This document shows positions 42,001 through 51,745 of a stretch of 64,000 nucleotides of DNA, piece by piece. Both the position numbers and the translations under genes were made by a program. Position 1 is the stretch's first letter; every line of letters starts with the position of its first letter. Under the pieces are notes generated by a model. That model made no database searches. It worked only from the letters and a program-made list of their open reading frames with translations, and had not been told where the DNA came from. The DNA is taken from contig JAWLHK010000003.1 in assembly GCA_041690355.1 (NCBI GenBank), forward strand, positions 235,428 to 299,427. The letters run 5' to 3'. This stretch comes from a bacterium (GTDB taxonomy: Bacteria > J088 > JAWLBW01).

Positions 42001-44315
42001 CGCGGCGGCGCCTCGCGCTCGGCTTCGCCGGGGCCTGCGCAACGCTGCTCGCGCTGTGGCTCGCGGCCTGGCTCGCGCCGCTGCCCGAGCGCCTGGAGAC
42101 GGCGCCGTCGAAGGTCGTCTATTTCGAGGACGGCACGACGGCGCATGTCTACCTTGCGCCCGACGACCGCTGGCGTATTCACGTGCCGCTCGACGAGGTC
42201 GATCCGGCCTACGTCGCGGCACTGCTCGCCTTCGAGGATCGCCGCTTCTTCTGGCATCCCGGCGTCGATCCGGCCGCCCTCGTCCGGGCCGCCCTTTCGA
42301 ACCTGCGCGCCGGCGACGTGGTCTCAGGGGGCTCGACGCTCACGATGCAGCTCGTGCGGGTGCTCGAACCGCGGCCGCGCACCTTGCGCTCCAAGATCGT
42401 CGAGGCCGCGCGGGCGGTTCAGCTCGAATTGCGCTTTTCAAAGCGGACCCTGCTCGAGTACTACCTGCAGTTCGTCCCCTTCGGGCGGAACGTCGAGGGG
42501 GTCGAAGCGGCCGCCCTGGCCTATTTCGGGCATCGCGCCTCGGCGCTCAGCTCGCGTGAAATCGCCATTCTTCTGGCCGTTCCGCAACAGCCCACCCTGC
42601 GGGCGCCCAGCCCAGGGAACCGGGCGCGGCTGCAGGAGGCGGCAAGCGCCGTGGCCGACAGGCTGGCGCCGGCGGGCCACGCCCGCTTTGCCGAAGTCGC
42701 CGAACATGGCGTGCGCGACGTGCCGGAATCGCTGCGCGCTTTTCCCCGGCTCGCGCCGCATGCCGCGCGCTGGATGAGCGAGCAACTCCCCTCGGCAAAC
42801 GCGCTCTACACGACCTTGAACCGCAACGTCCAGCTCCTCGCCGAGACCATGGCGGCCCGGGTCCGGGCGCGTGCCCGCGACGCCGGCATCCACAACATCG
42901 CCATCGTGGTCGCCGATCAGAAAGCGGGAACGATCGAGGCGCTCGTGGGGAACTTCGAGTTCTGGGACGAAGCGCACGGCGGCCAGATCGGCGGCTTCAC
43001 GGTCCCGCGCTCGCCCGGCTCGCTGCTCAAACCGTTCATCTACGCCCTCGCCATCGACCGCGGCATCGCCATCGCCGATTCTCTCATCACCGACATTCCC
43101 GTGCGTTATCCCGGCTACGCGCCGCGCAACTACGACGGCGAATTTCAGGGACTCGTGCGCCTCGAAGACGCCCTCGCATTTTCGCTGAACATCCCCTTCG
43201 TCAACCTGCTCGAACAGGTCGGCGTCGAGCCGTTTCTCGGATTTCTGCACCAGGCCGGGGTCGCGAGTCTGCACGCCGAACCCGGATACTACGGGCTGTC
43301 GGCGGCCGTGGGGGGCATCGAGATCACGCCGCTCGAAGTGGCCCATCTGTACGCAGGACTGGCCCGGGGGGGCACGTTCAGGCGCCTGGCGTGGCGTGCC
43401 GCAGCCGACCGGGCCGATCCGGCGCGCCTGCTGTCTCCGGGCGCCGCCTGGCTCGCCCGTCAGGCCCTCTCCAAACGGGACCGCCCCGATTTCCCCACGC
43501 GGCGAGATGCGGGGGGCACACCGCCGGACATCCACTGGAAAACCGGTACCAGCTTCGGCAACCACGATGCCTGGTCGGCCGGTTCGGCCGGACGCCACAC
43601 GGCGGTCGTCTGGATGGGGAACCTGGACCAGACGCCGAGCAAGGCGCTCGTAGGCGCGGATACGGCCGCGCCCGTGCTCTTCGATGTGCTCGAAGGGCTG
43701 CAGGGCTCACGGCCCCCTGCGCACGACCCGGCTCCCCCCGACCTCACCGGAGTCGAGGTGTGCAGTTTCTCGGGGCGGATTCCGACTCCCGCCTGCCCGC
43801 ACCGGAAGCTGGCCTGGGCCCGCAAGTCGGCGGTGCCGACCGAGCCCTGCCCCTACCACGCGAAGCTTGATGTTGATCGCGAGAGCGGGCTCGCCCTGAG
43901 CCCGTCCTGCCGCGCCGGGCGCGACTACGAGACGCGCACCTTTCTCAATCTGCCGGCCAGCGTGAGCCGGTGGATGAAAGACCAGAGCCGGAGCATGCCC
44001 GAAGCGCCGTCGGCGGCCCCCTTCTGCGCAACCGCGGGCGCCGAGCGTCCGCGCATCGTGTCGCCGACTGCCAGCCAGACCGCGTTTCTCCTCCCCGGCA
44101 TTCCGGCCGATCGGCAGGAGATACCGCTCGAAGCCGAAACGAAGCATCCGGGCGGCCGTCTGCACTGGTTCGTCGACGGCCGCTTTCTCGGCACCATCCG
44201 CGCAGACGAGCGGCTGTGGTGGACGCCGGAGCCCGGCGATCACGAACTGCTCGTCACCGATGACTCGGGGGGTGAGGCACGCCAGGTTCTGCGCGTCCGG
44301 CGCGGACCGGGCTGA
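41979..44315 (+). CDS. pbpC: Penicillin-binding protein 1C
   Basis: EDRRFFWHPGVD, SGGSTLTMQ, SLLK, SLN, KTGT; C-terminal BiPBP_C (HWFVDG); directly after A2M. Confidence 0.93.
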   Translation: MAGVSRLTRRRLALGFAGACATLLALWLAAWLAPLPERLETAPSKVVYFEDGTTAHVYLAPDDRWRIHVPLDEVDPAYVAALLAFEDRRFFWHPGVDPAALVRAALSNLRAGDVVSGGSTLTMQLVRVLEPRPRTLRSKIVEAARAVQLELRFSKRTLLEYYLQFVPFGRNVEGVEAAALAYFGHRASALSSREIAILLAVPQQPTLRAPSPGNRARLQEAASAVADRLAPAGHARFAEVAEHGVRDVPESLRAFPRLAPHAARWMSEQLPSANALYTTLNRNVQLLAETMAARVRARARDAGIHNIAIVVADQKAGTIEALVGNFEFWDEAHGGQIGGFTVPRSPGSLLKPFIYALAIDRGIAIADSLITDIPVRYPGYAPRNYDGEFQGLVRLEDALAFSLNIPFVNLLEQVGVEPFLGFLHQAGVASLHAEPGYYGLSAAVGGIEITPLEVAHLYAGLARGGTFRRLAWRAAADRADPARLLSPGAAWLARQALSKRDRPDFPTRRDAGGTPPDIHWKTGTSFGNHDAWSAGSAGRHTAVVWMGNLDQTPSKALVGADTAAPVLFDVLEGLQGSRPPAHDPAPPDLTGVEVCSFSGRIPTPACPHRKLAWARKSAVPTEPCPYHAKLDVDRESGLALSPSCRAGRDYETRTFLNLPASVSRWMKDQSRSMPEAPSAAPFCATAGAERPRIVSPTASQTAFLLPGIPADRQEIPLEAETKHPGGRLHWFVDGRFLGTIRADERLWWTPEPGDHELLVTDDSGGEARQVLRVRRGPG

Positions 44316-44380
44316 CGCGATCACACCGTGGGCGTCTTTACCATGCGTGCCGTGCACGGGCGCGCATGGTACAACCAACC

Positions 44381-45028
44381 ATGCCCTTGAAGATTTCCTT
44401 TTCGGCGCTCGCCCTGCTCGCCCTCGCCGGCACGTGGACCTTCAACATCCGCCACATGCTGAGCGGCAGGCCCGGCCTCGCATTTCTGACCGACAACGCG
44501 GCCACCGCCGCCAACCTCTCCGTGAGCGTCGACATCCTGCTCGCGTGCATCCTGCTCTTTCCCTGGATGGTGCGGGAGGCGCGCGCCAAGCGCATCCGCG
44601 GCATCGCCGCCTACCTGATCGGCTCAGCCACCATCGCCGTGAGCGTCATGTTCCCCGTCTTCCTCACGGCACGCATGAGGAAACCCGCGCCCGGCAGAAT
44701 CGCACGCCCGCCGCGGGTCATCGCCCGGTCAGTCTTCGCGGCAGGCCTCGTCGCGACCACGATGTTGCGCACCATGCACCTGGTATCGAACGAGGGTCCG
44801 TATTTCGATCTCCTGTTTGCGACCCCGGCGGCGGCGTCCATCGCCGTCGACCTGGCCGCGCTGTGGCTGGCCGGGGTTCTGCTGGCCATCCAACTGCGCG
44901 GCTCCGACCTCCGGGTTATTTCGGGAACGATACTCCTATCGCTCTTCTCGGTCTCGGCCGGTTTCGCGTACATCCTGACCGTGGCTTCAACCGGGCAGGC
45001 AGACGGCGAAAGCGCGCACCCGGCCTGA
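44381..45028 (+). CDS. Membrane protein with duplicated DUF2834-like units
   Basis: Two similar halves (NAATANLSVSVDILL / TPAAASIAVDL); hydrophobic. Confidence 0.6.
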   Translation: MPLKISFSALALLALAGTWTFNIRHMLSGRPGLAFLTDNAATAANLSVSVDILLACILLFPWMVREARAKRIRGIAAYLIGSATIAVSVMFPVFLTARMRKPAPGRIARPPRVIARSVFAAGLVATTMLRTMHLVSNEGPYFDLLFATPAAASIAVDLAALWLAGVLLAIQLRGSDLRVISGTILLSLFSVSAGFAYILTVASTGQADGESAHPA

Positions 45029-45057
45029 GCACAGGGCCCGGCCGGGTGCGGCTGGTC

Positions 45058-46353
45058 TCAGACGCCGTCGTAGGCGCGTTCGCCGTGCTGGCTCAGATCG
45101 AGCCCCTGCACTTCGTCTTCGGCATCGACCCGCACGCCCACGAGTTTGTCGGCGACGAAGAAGATGGCCAGGCTCATGACGAAGCCGAAGCCGTACGTTG
45201 CAATGACGCTTACGAACTGGACCCAGATCTGGTAGCCGCGCGTGTAGACCTCTTCACCGTGAACGAGAAATTCCGGAAGCGCGAACACGCCGGTGAGAAT
45301 CGCGCCCAGCGTGCCCCCCACGCCGTGCACGCCGAGCACGTCGAGCGAGTCGTCGAGCTTGAGGCGCATGCGGAAGTGGACCGCGTAGTTGCACGCGACG
45401 CCGGCGATGGCGCCGATGGCGATGGCCCCCAGCGGGCTCACGAATCCGCAGGCGGGGGTGATGCCCACCAGGCCGCCAAGCGCGCCCGAAACGAGCCCGA
45501 GCACGGTCGGCTTTCCGTGGCGGATCCAGTCGGTGAACATCCATCCGAGCGCCCCCGCGCCCGCCGCCACGTTCGTCGTCACGAAGGCGAGCACTGCCGT
45601 GCCGTTGGCGGCCAGTGCGCTCCCCGCGTTGAAGCCGAACCAGCCGAACCACAGAATGCCGACCCCGAGCACCGTGTGCGTCAGGTTGTGCGGCAGGATC
45701 GCCTCCTGGGGAAATCCGCGGCGGCGTCCGACGAAGAGGAGCGCGGCGCCGGCCGAGATGGCCGAGCTGATGTGAACGACCGTGCCGCCCGCGAAGTCGA
45801 GCGCCCCCATGCTGTGCAGCCAGCCGCCGCCCCACACCCAGTGAGCCAGCGGCGCATAGACGAGCGTCGACCAGAGCAGACTGAAGATCAGCATGGCGCT
45901 GAACTTCATGCGCTCGGCATACGCGCCTGAGATGAGCGCGGGCGTGATGATGGCGAACATGCCCTGGAAGACCATGAACAGCAGGGGCGGAATCGTGGAC
46001 CCTTCGTCAGGAACCAGCCCGACCCCCTGCAACCCGAGATGGTCGAGTCCGCCGATGAAGTGCCCGACGTCGGGCCCGAACGCCAGCGTGTAGCCGATGA
46101 GCACCCACTGCACCGACACGACGCCCATCATGGCGAAGCTGTGCATCATCGTCGAGAGCACGTTCTTGCGGCGCACGAGGCCGCCGTAGAAGAAGGCCAG
46201 GCCGGGCGTCATGAAGAGAACGAGCGCACTCGATATCAGCACGAACGCGGTGTCGCCGGAATCGATTTCGGCGGCGAACGCGGGTTGCGGAATGAAAAAG
46301 AGGGACAGGAGTACGAGCGCAGCGGTAGCGCCGGGATGCCTGGAGAGAGTCAC
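45058..46353 (-). CDS. amtB: Ammonium transporter
   Basis: MTPGLAFFYGG, FQGMFAIIT, DFAGGTVVH, WFGWFGFNAGS, DDSLDVLGVHG. Confidence 0.98.
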   Translation of the reverse strand: MTLSRHPGATAALVLLSLFFIPQPAFAAEIDSGDTAFVLISSALVLFMTPGLAFFYGGLVRRKNVLSTMMHSFAMMGVVSVQWVLIGYTLAFGPDVGHFIGGLDHLGLQGVGLVPDEGSTIPPLLFMVFQGMFAIITPALISGAYAERMKFSAMLIFSLLWSTLVYAPLAHWVWGGGWLHSMGALDFAGGTVVHISSAISAGAALLFVGRRRGFPQEAILPHNLTHTVLGVGILWFGWFGFNAGSALAANGTAVLAFVTTNVAAGAGALGWMFTDWIRHGKPTVLGLVSGALGGLVGITPACGFVSPLGAIAIGAIAGVACNYAVHFRMRLKLDDSLDVLGVHGVGGTLGAILTGVFALPEFLVHGEEVYTRGYQIWVQFVSVIATYGFGFVMSLAIFFVADKLVGVRVDAEDEVQGLDLSQHGERAYDGV

Positions 46354-46385
46354 GGGGTCTCCTTAACGGGTTTGACCCCGGCCTG

Positions 46386-46401
46386 TGCAAGGGCAATGCC
46401 A
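46386..46401 (-). promoter_or_regulatory. Sigma54 (-24/-12) promoter of amtB
   Basis: TGGCAT-TGCCC-TTGCA on the minus strand. Confidence 0.8.
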
Positions 46402-46462
46402 TCCGGACGCGGCGACATCCCGCGACAATTTTGTTTTCCGCCGAAGCTGTCGAAAGAGGCAG

Positions 46463-46503
46463 CGCCCAGGAAACGGGCACGTCGACGGCACAATCTTTGA
46501 GCA
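46463..46503. promoter_or_regulatory. Two NtrC-like 17-bp enhancer sites
   Basis: CGCCCAGGAAACGGGCA (46463-46479) and GGCACAATCTTTGAGCA (46487-46503) resemble TGCACCA-N3-TGGTGCA. Confidence 0.5.
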
Positions 46504-46533
46504 GCGGGCGAGAGAGTCGGAACATGGGCGCAC

Positions 46534-46556
46534 AAAAAAGCGGCCCGCGGGCCGCT
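46534..46556 (-). terminator. Terminator after the frzS-like gene
   Basis: AGCGGCCC/GGGCCGCT stem with T-run on the minus strand. Confidence 0.75.
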
Positions 46557-46582
46557 CTTGTACAAAATCGTCTCACCGGGAA

Positions 46583-47797
46583 TCAGTCGAGTTCGGCGAG
46601 GGCCTTCTGGAGGCGTTCGCGGAGGCGCTGACGCAGTTCGGTCTGCGTGGCCACGGCCGCTTCGAGCTCGTCTTCGAGGCGCGACTTGTCCTGTTCGAGC
46701 CCGGGGACCTTCTCGGACTGATCCTTCCAGTCGAGGATGAGCCTCTGCAGCTCGGAGGCCGCTACGCCGCCGGCTCGCTCGAGTTCGCCGACCGTCGCCT
46801 GCAGGGCCGCCGCGTTCGCATCGAGACGTTCCTTTTCGGCCTCGAGCTCGGCATACCGCTTTTCCAGTTCCGCGAAGCGTTCGCGGTCCTTCTCGAGCCC
46901 CTTGACGCGCTCCTTGAGATCCTTCAACTCGATGCGCGTTTCATCGAGGGTGGACTTCGTTTTCTGGTGCCGATCCTGCTCGGTCTTGAGCTGCTCGCGC
47001 TCCTGGCGAAGCTCTTCGAGAAGTTCGCGGTGCGCCTTCTGTTCTTCGGCGAATTCATCGCGCTGCGCGGCATGGGCCGCTTCGGCTTCGGCGTGGGCGG
47101 CCTTGGCATCCTTCAAGGCGGCATTCGCCTCGTCGAGAGCGGCGGCGGCCTTCTCGGCCTCGCTCCGGGCCTTCTGTGCGTCGCCGTCCGCCTCTTTGAG
47201 TTCACGCTCGAGGCGCTCAACGGTGGCACGCAGTTCGTCGCCCTCGTCGGACTTGCCCTTGGCAGCCTTGGATTCCTTCTTCAGCTGCGCCAGTTCGGTC
47301 TCGAGCTGCGAAATCCGATCGGCTTTCTCCCGGATTTCGGCTTCGAGGCGGCCGCGTTCCTCAAGAAAGTCGTGCACCTTGGCTTCGAGCTGCGTGTATT
47401 CGTCGGCGCTCAGCGCAAAGCCGATGACGTTGCCGACCTTCTGAAACAGCTCTTCGTCGGTAAACGGCTTGTGCAGGTAGTCGTCGGCGCGCACCTTGAG
47501 TTTGCGGTGCTTTTCGAAGTCGGCGTCGGTGGCCTTGCGGCTGGTGAGGATGACCGGGATCGGCTTGAGCTCGGGATCCTGTTTGAACTCCTTGCAGACG
47601 AGAAAACCGTTTCCGGTCGGCAGCTCGACCGAGAGCATGGCCAGATCGATCTTGCCGATATTCTGCCGGGCAAGCTCGAGCCCATGGGCCCCGTCGCTGG
47701 CATGCAGAACGCGGAACTTGTAGCGCTGGAATGCGGTACGAAGCATCCGCAAGAGCGATTCGTCGTCGTCAATGATGAGTACGGTACGTTCAGGCAT
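46583..47797 (-). CDS. FrzS-like pseudo-receiver + long coiled coil
   Basis: Ser at the phosphoacceptor site (AMLSVEL); FEKHRKLKVRADDYLHKP resembles the FrzS receiver; heptad-rich C-terminus. Confidence 0.78.
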   Translation of the reverse strand: MPERTVLIIDDDESLLRMLRTAFQRYKFRVLHASDGAHGLELARQNIGKIDLAMLSVELPTGNGFLVCKEFKQDPELKPIPVILTSRKATDADFEKHRKLKVRADDYLHKPFTDEELFQKVGNVIGFALSADEYTQLEAKVHDFLEERGRLEAEIREKADRISQLETELAQLKKESKAAKGKSDEGDELRATVERLERELKEADGDAQKARSEAEKAAAALDEANAALKDAKAAHAEAEAAHAAQRDEFAEEQKAHRELLEELRQEREQLKTEQDRHQKTKSTLDETRIELKDLKERVKGLEKDRERFAELEKRYAELEAEKERLDANAAALQATVGELERAGGVAASELQRLILDWKDQSEKVPGLEQDKSRLEDELEAAVATQTELRQRLRERLQKALAELD

Positions 47798-47882
47798 GAG
47801 AGAGACGCTCCACCAACTAATCAGCCTAGCAGCACCGCCCTTGAAGTCAAGCGCACAGCGGTCTGCTCGCCTCGTCAGCGGC

Positions 47883-48491
47883 TCAGGTCGCCGCCGGCCG
47901 TTGCGTGGCGATACCGTAGAGAAACTGGTTGACCAGCTGGACCTTGAGCTCGTTCAGATAGGTCGCCGGAACCGTCTTGAGGATGCGGGCGGTAATGGCA
48001 GTCTCGATGGAGCCCAGAAAGATGAGCGACGAAAGAAAGGGGTCGACTTCTCTGGCGAGGATACCGTCTTTCTGGGCACGACGGAAAATCCCCTCCATGA
48101 TCGTGAAGGCTTCCTGAAAGTGGGCCAGGTTCTCCTTCTCGAGAAAACGGCTGCTGTGCAGGATCTCGAGAATGAGCACTTCCATCAATTCAGGCAGCTG
48201 CCGGTAACTGTCGATAAAAAAGCCGGCAATGGCCTGAAGCTTCGTCTGCAGGTCGCCGTTGTCCTGATCGATGTTCCGCAGTATGGCGAGAAACAGATTC
48301 CACTTCTCGCGGAAAATCGCATTCAGGATCTCGTCCTTATTCTTGAAATAGTGGTAGATCAGGCCGTAGGCGATGCCCGCCTCGGTGGCGATGTCGGAGA
48401 CGCGCGTTCCGTGAAACCCGCGCTTGGCGAACGCCTTGACGGCAGCCTGGAGAATGATTTCGCGCTTGTCGGCAGCAGCTGTTCTTGCCAT
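47883..48491 (-). CDS. TetR/AcrR family regulator (FadR/YsiA-like)
   Basis: ILQAAVKAFAKRGFHGTRVSDIATEAGIAYGLIYHYFKNKDEIL HTH. Confidence 0.92.
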   Translation of the reverse strand: MARTAAADKREIILQAAVKAFAKRGFHGTRVSDIATEAGIAYGLIYHYFKNKDEILNAIFREKWNLFLAILRNIDQDNGDLQTKLQAIAGFFIDSYRQLPELMEVLILEILHSSRFLEKENLAHFQEAFTIMEGIFRRAQKDGILAREVDPFLSSLIFLGSIETAITARILKTVPATYLNELKVQLVNQFLYGIATQRPAAT

Positions 48492-48511
48492 CGGCCCCTG
48501 GTTGCCTCTAG

Positions 48512-48533
48512 GTTGATTGACGAGTCAATCAAC
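48512..48533. promoter_or_regulatory. Palindromic operator upstream of tetR (probable autoregulation)
   Basis: GTTGATTGAC-GA-GTCAATCAAC, perfect 10-bp arms. Confidence 0.8.
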
Positions 48534-48565
48534 AGGGTACAGGGCGCGGCTCCCGGGTGCAAGCG

Positions 48566-48841
48566 CTACTTGAACGTGAGGGTCCAGGGTTTGCCGCCGC
48601 GCACGACCTCCATCGTGTAGGTCTTGCCGCTGCCGACCCTGCCGTTGAGCAGGGCGCCGACGTCACCGGTAGATTTGACCGGTTTGCCGTCGATGGAAAC
48701 GACTTCATCGCCGCTCTGCAGACCGGCTTTCGCGTAGATGCTCTTGGGCCCGACGAAGTGCATCATGGCTCCGGCCGAAGCGGCGGCGGGCCAGGCGAGC
48801 AGAAGCGCGGCGATCAACGAGGCGGTTGTGGGGCGGATCAT
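48566..48841 (-). CDS. Small secreted PDZ-domain protein
   Basis: Signal peptide; VGPKSIYAKAGLQSGDEVVSIDGKPV...EVVRGGK PDZ pattern. Confidence 0.8.
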   Translation of the reverse strand: MIRPTTASLIAALLLAWPAAASAGAMMHFVGPKSIYAKAGLQSGDEVVSIDGKPVKSTGDVGALLNGRVGSGKTYTMEVVRGGKPWTLTFK

Positions 48842-48884
48842 AGGCACATGCTACCCGATGAGGACGGTGGATGCCACCAACACG

Positions 48885-49115
48885 GGCGATGGCCCGAAGG
48901 GCCGATGGCCGCCCATGGCCGGGGACCCGGTGCCCGATGGTCAACGATCGATGCCCGAATGCCAAGGATGCGCGCATGATCCCCGTGTATGGCCGTCGGA
49001 ACGGGCCCGTGCATGTTGTCGGAGGCGCTGAAGGCGCCGTTCGCCATCAGCCCGGCCTGCAGGGCCGGGCTGGTGGCGTCGGCCCATCGTGCAACCGGCC
49101 TGAAGGGCCGGCGGC
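48885..49115. repeat. REP-like palindrome cluster downstream of the Y1 transposase
   Basis: GGCCCGAAGGGCC, GCGCTGAAGGCGC, CAGCCCGGCC-TGCAG-GGCCGGGCTG, CCGGCCTGAAGGGCCGG. Confidence 0.7.
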
Positions 49116-49125
49116 CACCGAACCT

Positions 49126-49578
49126 TCAATCCCATACATACCGTTCGTCGAACTCCAACCCGTTCTCCTGCAGCAACCCCCGATATTCCCCTTCGAAACC
49201 ATCTTGGCGGTGATGCTCTTTCTGGCGACGGATATAGCGGGCAACTCTCGAAACCTGCGTTGCGTGAACCGCAAAAACGCCATATCCCCGCTGCCAGTGA
49301 AAATCCATGGGCATCCCCATCTGCTCCTTGAGCCAGCGCGAGGTCGCCGTCTTGGTTTCGGATACGACATGAGCCATGGTCACGGTTCGCGAGAGCGAGA
49401 AGAGGAGGTGGACATGATCCTCGATCCCTCCAATTGCTATCGGCTGGCAACTCAACCGGTGCAGGACTCCGCCCGCATACTCCCAAAGCTGTGGCTGCCA
49501 CTCCTCACGAAGAACCGGTCTGCGGTACTTCGTTCTGAACACGAGATGAGTAACGACCTTCGACAGGGATTGCGGCAT
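49126..49578 (-). mobile_element. tnpA: IS200/IS605-family Y1 (HUH) transposase, RAYT-like, no tnpB
   Basis: HLVFRTKYR, HUH motif DHVHLL, FHWQRGYGVF, catalytic YIRRQ; upstream TTGACA-18-TATTCT promoter. Confidence 0.88.
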
Positions 49579-49668
49579 AAATCCTACCCCACGAGCGAAT
49601 GGTTATCGCCGAGAATAGGACCCGAGTGCCTGCAATGTCAAGAAAAGAGCGACAACGGGCGCGCGCCC

Positions 49669-51513
49669 CTACCGCTCGACCTTGGCCTCGAGCTCGGCCC
49701 AGCGTGCGTACAGGCGATCGACTTCGGCCTGGGCCGCGTCGGTGTCGGCCATGAGCGCCTGCAGTCGGGAGGCGTTGGCCGCGTTCGCCGGATCTTCGAG
49801 CGCCGCCCGGCAGGCCGACAGCTTCTCTTCGGCTTCGAGGATGCGCATTTCCATGCCGTCCCACTCCAGCTGATCCTTGTAGCTTAGCTTCTTACCCTTA
49901 CCGGGCGTGCCGGACGCCGGTGCGGCATCACTTCGGGTGGCCTCCGGAGGCCCCTTCCGCTTTTCGGCGGCCGACGACTCGGCGGCGGCGCGATGCGCGG
50001 CGTCCCAGGCGTGCCACTGGGCGAAATCGGCGAAGAACCCGGCGCCGCCGCGGCCGTCGAGCCCCATCACGGCCGTCGACACCCGATCGAGCAGATACCG
50101 ATCGTGCGTCACGAGAACGAGCGCACCGGGGAATTCCAGAAGGCTCTCTTCCAGAATCTCCAGCGTCGGGATGTCCAAATCGTTCGTCGGTTCGTCGAGC
50201 AGCAGCACGTCGGCCGTCGTCAGCATGAGGCGGGCCATGAGGATGCGCGCCTGCTCGCCCCCCGAGAACGTACTCACCCGACGATCGAGGGTCTCGGGCG
50301 CAAACAGAAAGCGGCGCGCCCACGCCGCGATGTGGATGGCCTGGCCGCGATAGACGACCCCTTCGCCGCCGGCCGGCGCCAACGCCGTCCGCAACGTGTC
50401 CTGCGGATTGAGCTGGGCGCGGTTCTGGTCGAACAGCACGACCTGCAGGGCCGGGGCGCGCTCGACCGTACCCGCTTCGGGTGCATCCTGGCCGGTCAGC
50501 AGGCGCAGAAACGTAGACTTGCCGCTGCCGTTGGGCCCGAGCAGCCCCAGCCGCAAGCCCGGCGTGAGGGTCAGTGTCAGGTGCTCGAACAGGCGGCGTC
50601 CGCCTCGGCTCTGGGCCGCGTCTTCGACGACGAGCAGATCCTTGGACTTCCGATCGGAACCGGACAATGCGATGCCCGAATCGCGGCGGATGCCCGCGCG
50701 GCCGCGCATGTCGGCCAGCTCGCCCTGCAGGCGCACGGCCTCGTCGATGCGCGCCTGCGCCTTGCGGGTGCGCGCGGGCGCCTTGCGGCGCAGCCACTCG
50801 ATTTCGCCGCGCACCTTGTTCGCCAGCGTTTCCTGGTAGGCCGCCTGCTGCGTGAAGAACTCCTCGCGCCGCGTGAGGAACTCGCTGTAATTGCCCGGAA
50901 CGCTGAAGTAACCCTGCGGATACTTCCGGTCGAGCTCCACGACGCGCCTCGTGACGTTTTCGAGAAAGTAGCGGTCGTGGGTCACGACCACGAAGGCCTG
51001 GCGGGAATCGACCAGGTACTCTTCGAGCCAGAGGATGCCTTCCAGATCGAGATGGTTCGTCGGTTCATCAAGCAGAAGCAAGTCCGGCTTCTTGACGAGC
51101 TCGCGTACGATGGCGAGGCGTTTGCGCCATCCGCCGGAAAAGGTATCGACGTTCTGTTCCGGATCTTGGAACCCCGCCCGTCCGAGCAGCACGCGCGCCT
51201 CGGATTCTTTTTCGAACGCTTCGCGCGGCAGATCGTGCTGCGCGTCGATGACCGCCTGCAGCGCGGTGATGCCGGGCGCAAAGCGATCGGACTGCGGAAG
51301 GTAGGCCAGCCGTGCCCCCTTGGCGACGGCGCGCTCACCGGTGTCGCTCGTCTCGATCCCCGCGAGGATTTTCAGCAGGGTCGACTTGCCGGATCCGTTC
51401 GGACCGATGAGGCCCAGGCGCTCGTCATCCTGGACGGCGATCGTAATCCCCTCGAACAGCGGAGCGGCGCCGAAGGACTTGGACAGATTCTGGCAACTGA
51501 GGATGGGGGGCAT
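49669..51513 (-). CDS. ABC-F ATPase (Uup-like)
   Basis: Two ABC domains (GPNGSGKS, SGG, DEPTN), no TM segments, C-terminal KLSYKDQLEW...LYARWAELE. Confidence 0.92.
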   Translation of the reverse strand: MPPILSCQNLSKSFGAAPLFEGITIAVQDDERLGLIGPNGSGKSTLLKILAGIETSDTGERAVAKGARLAYLPQSDRFAPGITALQAVIDAQHDLPREAFEKESEARVLLGRAGFQDPEQNVDTFSGGWRKRLAIVRELVKKPDLLLLDEPTNHLDLEGILWLEEYLVDSRQAFVVVTHDRYFLENVTRRVVELDRKYPQGYFSVPGNYSEFLTRREEFFTQQAAYQETLANKVRGEIEWLRRKAPARTRKAQARIDEAVRLQGELADMRGRAGIRRDSGIALSGSDRKSKDLLVVEDAAQSRGGRRLFEHLTLTLTPGLRLGLLGPNGSGKSTFLRLLTGQDAPEAGTVERAPALQVVLFDQNRAQLNPQDTLRTALAPAGGEGVVYRGQAIHIAAWARRFLFAPETLDRRVSTFSGGEQARILMARLMLTTADVLLLDEPTNDLDIPTLEILEESLLEFPGALVLVTHDRYLLDRVSTAVMGLDGRGGAGFFADFAQWHAWDAAHRAAAESSAAEKRKGPPEATRSDAAPASGTPGKGKKLSYKDQLEWDGMEMRILEAEEKLSACRAALEDPANAANASRLQALMADTDAAQAEVDRLYARWAELEAKVER

Positions 51514-51665
51514 AATCTACGGTCATCCATGGTAACACCGGAAGCCATCAGTTTCCGTCCGATCGAGAAGCGCTCGACCGGTGGAATCTGGCGCCATGCG
51601 CGCTGTACCGCGACGATCCGCTCTACGCCTCGCTGCACATCCATCTTCTTATCCCTCTCCAAATT

Positions 51666-51745
51666 ACCCCTCTCCTTACGAAGGAGAGGGGCCGACGGCG
51701 CCGGCAGCGCCGACGGGGGTGAGGTGCGCAGACGAGGGTGAGGTC
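51666..51745. repeat. REP-like hairpin element after clpB
   Basis: CCCCTCTCCTT-ACG-AAGGAGAGGGG plus GGGGGTGAGG and GAGGGTGAGG. Confidence 0.55.

Noticed and set aside
34699..42222. 2507-aa minus-strand ORF
   Set aside because: Antisense shadow of uvrB and alpha-2-macroglobulin, expected with high-GC codon bias; no recognisable motifs
48871..49887. 338-aa plus-strand ORF across the transposase
   Set aside because: Antisense to the recognisable Y1 transposase and the end of the ABC-F gene
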